Source: a virus. From it: a DNA stretch of 48,940 bases. A program made the translations under genes and the position numbers. The first letter of the stretch is position 1. Every line of letters begins with the position of its first letter. The notes beneath the pieces are model-generated. The model had not been told where the DNA came from. It did no database searches and saw only the letters and a program-made list of their open reading frames with translations. Below, piece by piece: positions 44,257 through 48,940 of the stretch. The stretch covers positions 1 through 48,940 of the IMG/VR virus record IMGVR_UViG_3300034408_000007. One strand, 5' to 3'.

Positions 44257-44643
44257 CTCCTTATTATCATTGCCTGTTATTTTATCCAACTTCTCACTTA
44301 ATCTATCTAAGTTAGTTGTATAAAGTTTAAATTGAGCATCCTTTAAAGTTTGTATATCATCTTTTATTGGTTTTAACGCCTTTTCAATTTTAGCATCCAT
44401 TATTTCATCTATTGATTTTGTTTCGGTTGTTTCTAGTACTTTTTTCGAACTTTTCTCGAAGTCGTTGTAGTTTATATTATATAAAGATTCTATTTTCTTT
44501 ATAAAATTTTCACTAGGCCTTTTTTCTGAATTGTAATACTTGCTTACAACACTTTTAGAAAACCCAAGCTCTCTAGTCCATGTGGCTACTGGGAATCTAA
44601 CATTTAATTTTTCTGCTATTTCTTGTAAAACTGTTCTGTTCAT
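44242..44643 (-). CDS. CI-like repressor candidate (HTH + coiled coil, no S24 peptidase domain)
   Basis: HTH VATWTRELGFSKSVVSKYYNSEK. Divergent from the early operon. Confidence 0.6.
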   Translation of the reverse strand: MNRTVLQEIAEKLNVRFPVATWTRELGFSKSVVSKYYNSEKRPSENFIKKIESLYNINYNDFEKSSKKVLETTETKSIDEIMDAKIEKALKPIKDDIQTLKDAQFKLYTTNLDRLSEKLDKITGNDNKESGQG

Positions 44644-44692
44644 GCCTATATATTACATAGTTAAATATAAAAAGTTTCATTTTTTTTCTAAA

Positions 44693-44731
44693 AAAGTCCT
44701 AAAAAAGTTTTGTTTGTTCTAATAAAGTCCT
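44693..44731 (+). promoter_or_regulatory. AAAGTCCT x2 (44693-44700, 44724-44731) bracketing the -33 of the early promoter; candidate operators
   Basis: Two exact octamers 31 bp apart, plus degenerate AAAGTTTY copies. Confidence 0.45.
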
Positions 44732-44739
44732 TATATTTG
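44709..44739 (+). promoter_or_regulatory. Early rightward promoter: TTTG 44709-44712, 19-nt spacer, TATATTTG 44732-44739
   Basis: Consensus match 29 nt upstream of ATG 44768. Confidence 0.6.
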
Positions 44740-44767
44740 TTCAACCAAACATTGTAAATATATAAAA

Positions 44768-45058
44768 ATGGACTTACTAAATAATATAACAACAGAAATA
44801 ATTGAAAATATGGACTTTATAAATATTACACTAGATGAAGATTCTAGGTGTATATGTGAGTTAGATTTTGAGGTTAAGACTGAAAGCTATGGTTCGTTTT
44901 GGATTGTCTCTGATATAGACCTTCATTATTTATCTGATAAAATAGAGTTTGACTCTTTTATGTTTGGATTCTCTAATGGCGATTCAACTGATATGGTTTT
45001 GCCACAGAATTTAGAGGATACTATTAAAAAAACAATTCACCAAAAACTAAGACCATGA
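44768..45058 (+). CDS. Very acidic early protein
   Basis: First gene after the early promoter. About 20 D/E versus 7 K/R in 96 aa. Confidence 0.6.
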   Translation: MDLLNNITTEIIENMDFINITLDEDSRCICELDFEVKTESYGSFWIVSDIDLHYLSDKIEFDSFMFGFSNGDSTDMVLPQNLEDTIKKTIHQKLRP

Positions 45059-45252
45059 GCCAGATAATTGAAGATTTTAAAGAGATGTTAAGTAATTGTT
45101 CTGATGAGAATAAAAGTGACGGCGCCAATATTTCTGTATTGCTAGCTAGTGGTCATGAAGGAAGTTTTGAAAACCACTTAATGAGCTTGTTACATGAAGC
45201 TTGTTCAATCATAGAATACCAAAAAGAAATAATAATTAAAAAATCAATATAA
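45055..45252 (+). CDS. Acidic early protein
   Basis: ATGA overlap with the upstream gene. Confidence 0.55.
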   Translation: MSQIIEDFKEMLSNCSDENKSDGANISVLLASGHEGSFENHLMSLLHEACSIIEYQKEIIIKKSI

Positions 45253-45253
45253 A

Positions 45254-45541
45254 ATGTTTACAGAAAAAGATTATAACAAACCGCTTGATAGTGATTATTC
45301 AGACATGATCAAGATGTACACCTCTGTAAAAAACAGAAAAGGAATTTGTTTAGAAACTGGTGGATCAATACACTCAGTCCAAGCAATACTTAATGATGAA
45401 GATTTTAAGATAAATAAAGAAAATAGTGTTGCTATACCTAGATTGATAGTTCTTGCAGTTGAAAATTCAAATCTGAATAATAAAATGATTAATAAGTGTA
45501 AAAGATTTGTTAAGAGATTTAATGAGATGAACAATAAATAA
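45254..45541 (+). CDS. Hypothetical protein
   Basis: Packed same-strand ORF. Confidence 0.6.
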   Translation: MFTEKDYNKPLDSDYSDMIKMYTSVKNRKGICLETGGSIHSVQAILNDEDFKINKENSVAIPRLIVLAVENSNLNNKMINKCKRFVKRFNEMNNK

Positions 45542-45544
45542 CCA

Positions 45545-45733
45545 ATGACCGCTCAAGCTTTATATCCATTAATAATAGAACTACCACAATCTGAAAGGAA
45601 GAATCTTTTAGAGTGGCTTAGTAATAACGTTAAGGACAAAGCTAAAGAGGTTGAAGAAAGTGAATACACAAAAAGAGTAATTAAAGCCTGTTTTAAGTCT
45701 AGAGTAATAGACGGTGAATGGGTAAATATTTAA
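45545..45733 (+). CDS. Hypothetical protein
   Basis: Packed same-strand ORF. Confidence 0.55.
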   Translation: MTAQALYPLIIELPQSERKNLLEWLSNNVKDKAKEVEESEYTKRVIKACFKSRVIDGEWVNI

Positions 45734-45743
45734 AAGCAAAGTA

Positions 45744-46286
45744 ATGGAAAATAATTTAGAGTCAGTGGATTTATTCCCTGTTAATATTAAAACAGGAGAG
45801 GTTAAGTATAGTGATCTGCAATCTTATAAGGCCTTAATAAATACTAATCCTAGAAAGGAATGGATTAAAACAAATCCTTATTCACAGAATGCAAAATATA
45901 TCCCTATAAGAATAGTTGAAGAATTATTGGGCGGTGTATTCCCGTTCTGGGAAGTAATACAAGTTGGAGAGCCAAAAATATTAGGCAACTCAGTTGTTAT
46001 AAGTGTGAATCTTAGGGTTTTTAACCCGTTAATTAATCAATGGTTGAGTTTTGCGGGAGTTGGCGCCGTGCCAATTGAATTAGAATCTACAAAGAAAGAC
46101 AAAGTGACAGGGGCAATTATAAGTGAAGGCGCTAGGAGTCCTTTAGATTTTGAAAGAATAACTTCTAAAGGACTACATAAAAATGTTCCAGCAGCTTTAA
46201 GTTACGCCATTAATAACGCAGCTAAAAAAATAGGGAAACTATTTGGCTCTCATTTAAATTCAAAATCAGACGAAACAATTAAATAA
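45744..46286 (+). CDS. Single-strand annealing protein candidate (Rad52/Sak/Erf-like)
   Basis: Directly upstream of the YqaJ exonuclease and SSB. The YIPIRIVEELLGGVFPFWEV segment resembles Rad52-type annealases. Confidence 0.5.
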   Translation: MENNLESVDLFPVNIKTGEVKYSDLQSYKALINTNPRKEWIKTNPYSQNAKYIPIRIVEELLGGVFPFWEVIQVGEPKILGNSVVISVNLRVFNPLINQWLSFAGVGAVPIELESTKKDKVTGAIISEGARSPLDFERITSKGLHKNVPAALSYAINNAAKKIGKLFGSHLNSKSDETIK

Positions 46287-46287
46287 T

Positions 46288-46989
46288 ATGAATTGGTTAG
46301 ACGAAATAGGTAATGATTTACCACATGAAGAGCATATTGAGGTTTTAGATACTGATAATTTGGAAATGGATTGGAGGATTAAAAGACTTGGAAATTTAAC
46401 AGGTTCAAACTTTGGAAAACTAGTAAAAGGTAAAGGAGATAAATTCTTTTTAAGTACTGGAAAAGTTGCAAGCGATTTGATTTATAAAATTGCATGGGAA
46501 AGAATGTTGAAACAGGGTAATATTTCTAATGGCCTTGGCAGGCTTTCGGTATCAAGTCAATCAATGAATCATGGTAACGATTACGAGGGAGAGGCTATTC
46601 TAAAATATCAAGAAAAAACAGGTAACAAGGTTATTTATAGTCAAGAATATATCTCATTAAATGATTGGGTAGGTGGTACGCCTGACGGTTTGATTGATAA
46701 AGACGGTATAATTGAGGTTAAATGTCCTTGGAATGGTGGAAACCACTTACAAACTTTAATCACAGGTAGGCTTTACAATCCTGAACATTATTTTCAAATA
46801 CAAGGGTATTTATGGATTACAGGAAGAAAGTATTGTGAGTTTGTTACTTACGATCCCGACCTTATAGAAGGGCTTCAACTATCAATAACTAAGATTGAAA
46901 GGTGTGAAGACACAATCAAAGGCATTGAATTAGTGATGAATGAAGTAATTGAAAAAGTAAAATTAATAATTAAACAAATAGAGAAATGA
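46288..46989 (+). CDS. YqaJ-type (lambda Exo-like) exonuclease
   Basis: RLGNLTGSNFGKL, GGTPDGLIDKDGIIEVKCP, QIQGYLWITG pattern. Confidence 0.8.
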   Translation: MNWLDEIGNDLPHEEHIEVLDTDNLEMDWRIKRLGNLTGSNFGKLVKGKGDKFFLSTGKVASDLIYKIAWERMLKQGNISNGLGRLSVSSQSMNHGNDYEGEAILKYQEKTGNKVIYSQEYISLNDWVGGTPDGLIDKDGIIEVKCPWNGGNHLQTLITGRLYNPEHYFQIQGYLWITGRKYCEFVTYDPDLIEGLQLSITKIERCEDTIKGIELVMNEVIEKVKLIIKQIEK

Positions 46990-47342
46990 ATAAAATAATT
47001 CTAAAAGGAAGAATAGGACAAGACCCAGTATCAAAAGTAGTAGGTGACGGAATAATAATATGTAACTTCTCAATTGCCACTAATGACGGGACAAAAGATA
47101 AGCCTAAAACGAATTGGCATAGGTGTACAGCTTTCAAAAAGACTGCTGAGATAATAATCAAGCATTTTACTAAAGGTGAAGAGATTTTAATAGAAGGGTC
47201 TATTAACTATTCAAAATCTGAAGACAAGGAATATACTAATGTTAATATTCATTCTTTTGAGTTTTGTGGCTCTAAAATAAATAAGGCGATTCCGCATGAT
47301 GCTGTGCCTATTACTGAAGGCGAAGATGATCTACCATTTTAA
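46986..47342 (+). CDS. ssb: Single-stranded DNA-binding protein
   Basis: OB-fold pattern ILKGRIGQDP...WHRCTAF, plus the acidic tip EDDLPF. Confidence 0.85.
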   Translation: MNKIILKGRIGQDPVSKVVGDGIIICNFSIATNDGTKDKPKTNWHRCTAFKKTAEIIIKHFTKGEEILIEGSINYSKSEDKEYTNVNIHSFEFCGSKINKAIPHDAVPITEGEDDLPF

Positions 47343-47353
47343 AAAAATAAGCT

Positions 47354-47563
47354 ATGAAAAATAAATTTTATATGGTGTATGTAGATAACAGCAATTCACC
47401 TACATATAAGCATGAATCAATTGAATCAGCAGAAACAGAAGCTAGAAGGCTTTCTAAAGAATTAAACAGAAAAGCTTATGTCTTAGCAACAACTAAATCG
47501 TTTGAATTTGATTCTTTTAAAGTTGAAAATTGTATACCTGAAGACTCAGATCTCCCATTTTAA
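47354..47563 (+). CDS. 69-aa protein ending in an SSB-like tip, EDSDLPF
   Basis: The C-terminal heptapeptide parallels the SSB tip GEDDLPF. No OB-fold pattern. Confidence 0.6.
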   Translation: MKNKFYMVYVDNSNSPTYKHESIESAETEARRLSKELNRKAYVLATTKSFEFDSFKVENCIPEDSDLPF

Positions 47564-47589
47564 CCTAACAAAATAAAAACAAATAAATT

Positions 47590-47962
47590 ATGAAAATTGA
47601 AAATTTAACACTAAAACAAGTTAACAAGCTTAGAGATGTTCTTAATACTTGTGGCACAGAAAAATCAGGAATTAAATATCCTATTGGAGAGCCTGTAATA
47701 GTTAGAACCAGAAATGAAGGTATAAACTTCGGTATTCTTGAACAGGCAGACGAAACAGGGTGTGTAATATCTCAAGCGAGAAGGATTTACTATCACAAAC
47801 CTAAAGACAAGTCTGTAGCATGGTATGAAGGAGTTAGCCAATCAGGTTTAAGTGATGATAGTAAGGTTTCGTGCGCTGTAGAAAAGAAATACATAATTGA
47901 AGATTACTCACTTTCCTTATGCACTAAGGAGGCAGCTTTATTAATTAGTCAAAAAAAATCAC

Positions 47963-47976
<14 letters not shown>
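47590..47976 (+). CDS. Hypothetical protein
   Basis: 128-aa ORF. Confidence 0.6.
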
Positions 47977-48205
<229 letters not shown>

Positions 48206-48228
48206 TGACTAACTAAAACAAATAAATT

Positions 48229-48459
48229 ATGAAAAGCCTAAACCCAACACATAAACAATTAGCAGAATCAAAGCTAAGACAAGACTATAAAAAGTTCAAC
48301 AAGAGTAGAAGATTAGACGGGTTAGAAGAGCTTAGTTTTGAGTGTTGGGTTAGGTCTATCAATTTATTGGACTGGGAGGCTAAGAACAGTTATTTATTCA
48401 GTACTGAATTGTACTACTACTACATGAGAGTGAGAACTAATAATCAAAAATTAAAATAA
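48229..48459 (+). CDS. Hypothetical protein
   Basis: 76-aa ORF between the two repeat genes. Confidence 0.6.
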   Translation: MKSLNPTHKQLAESKLRQDYKKFNKSRRLDGLEELSFECWVRSINLLDWEAKNSYLFSTELYYYYMRVRTNNQKLK

Positions 48460-48460
48460 T

Positions 48461-48940
48461 ATGAAAACATTTTACGGAGAACAAGAATTGAAAAACAGTT
48501 TGTTAAAATACACAAGAGAACACCAAATTGCTGATGCATACACTAGGGGTACATGGCTAGAAAATAACTATGCTAAAAATGGGAGTCTTAAAGGGTGTTT
48601 TTACGGGTGCATGACTCAAAGCAGTGTGAAAACCCTTAGTAAGGCATCTGAGCAATATGGTCTGCCTCTATGGTATGTACATGTAACAGAAAAAATATAC
48701 GAAGGGCTACCAAAAGAAGACTTTTTAAAATTCCCTTACAACGCAATAGAGATTTTGCCTGTTGGTTTAGATATGAATATGGTTAGGTCTAGATTTAACT
48801 ACGAACTATTAAAAGACCAGTTAAAATTTTCAAACGGAAATAAACAGGTTGAGGATTCAATAAAACAATGCATGAATCTTTATGTTGTCCCGTTTGATAT
48901 AATTAATGAGTCAGCAGCAAGGTCAGCAGAGTCAGCAGCA
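48461..48940 (+). CDS. 5' part of the junction-spanning ORF (245 aa in total, continues at 56-313)
   Basis: Open from ATG 48461 to the window end with no stop. The last 55 nt duplicate 1-55. Confidence 0.65.
   Translation, partial: MKTFYGEQELKNSLLKYTREHQIADAYTRGTWLENNYAKNGSLKGCFYGCMTQSSVKTLSKASEQYGLPLWYVHVTEKIYEGLPKEDFLKFPYNAIEILPVGLDMNMVRSRFNYELLKDQLKFSNGNKQVEDSIKQCMNLYVVPFDIINESAARSAESAA
48886..48940 (+). repeat. Terminal overlap, identical to 1-55
   Basis: Exact 55/55 match with the window start. Confidence 0.95.

Noticed and set aside
44540-44722. Plus-strand ORF across the repressor 5' end and the switch region
   Set aside because: It overlaps the repressor HTH coding region and the promoter/operator repeats, and it would start upstream of the predicted promoter.

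Overview
The window is a complete, circularly closed genome of a temperate siphovirus-like dsDNA phage. Unique length is 48885 bp, and bases 1-55 recur exactly at 48886-48940. It is AT-rich and tightly packed. Most genes lack Shine-Dalgarno sequences, and several transcription units are preceded by TAnnTTTG -7 boxes with a TTTG about 19 nt upstream. That promoter type points to a Bacteroidota (probably Flavobacteriia) host; this is inference only.

Gene order, starting from the immunity switch near 44.7 kb:
- A CI-like repressor (minus strand) faces the rightward early genes.
- Early genes: two very acidic small proteins, an annealase-like protein, a YqaJ exonuclease, SSB, a small protein copying the SSB C-terminal tip, and two low-complexity repeat proteins. 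One of these repeat proteins crosses the linearisation point.
- Replication block (338-2146), with a DnaC-like loader, followed by HU.
- About 30 small ORFs, including VRR-NUC and YopX.
- Late genes: small terminase, an RNA-ligase-like gene, large terminase, portal, scaffold, capsid, tail tube, chaperones, a 1235-aa tape measure and baseplate proteins.
- Lysis: an M15 endolysin and a holin-like protein.
- A leftward accessory block (37.8-41.1 kb).
- A tyrosine integrase next to an attP that copies the 3' part of a tRNA-Met-like gene, and a lipoprotein/membrane pair.

The most unusual material:
- The leftward accessory block, whose spacers carry several families of repeated, partly GC-rich elements.
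- Two GC-rich coding tandem arrays.
- The SSB-tip mimic.
- A DnaJ-type CxxCxGxG pair inside the portal.
- A ligase between terS and terL.

No homology search was possible. Functional calls rest on motifs recognised by eye and on gene order, and many ORFs remain hypothetical.
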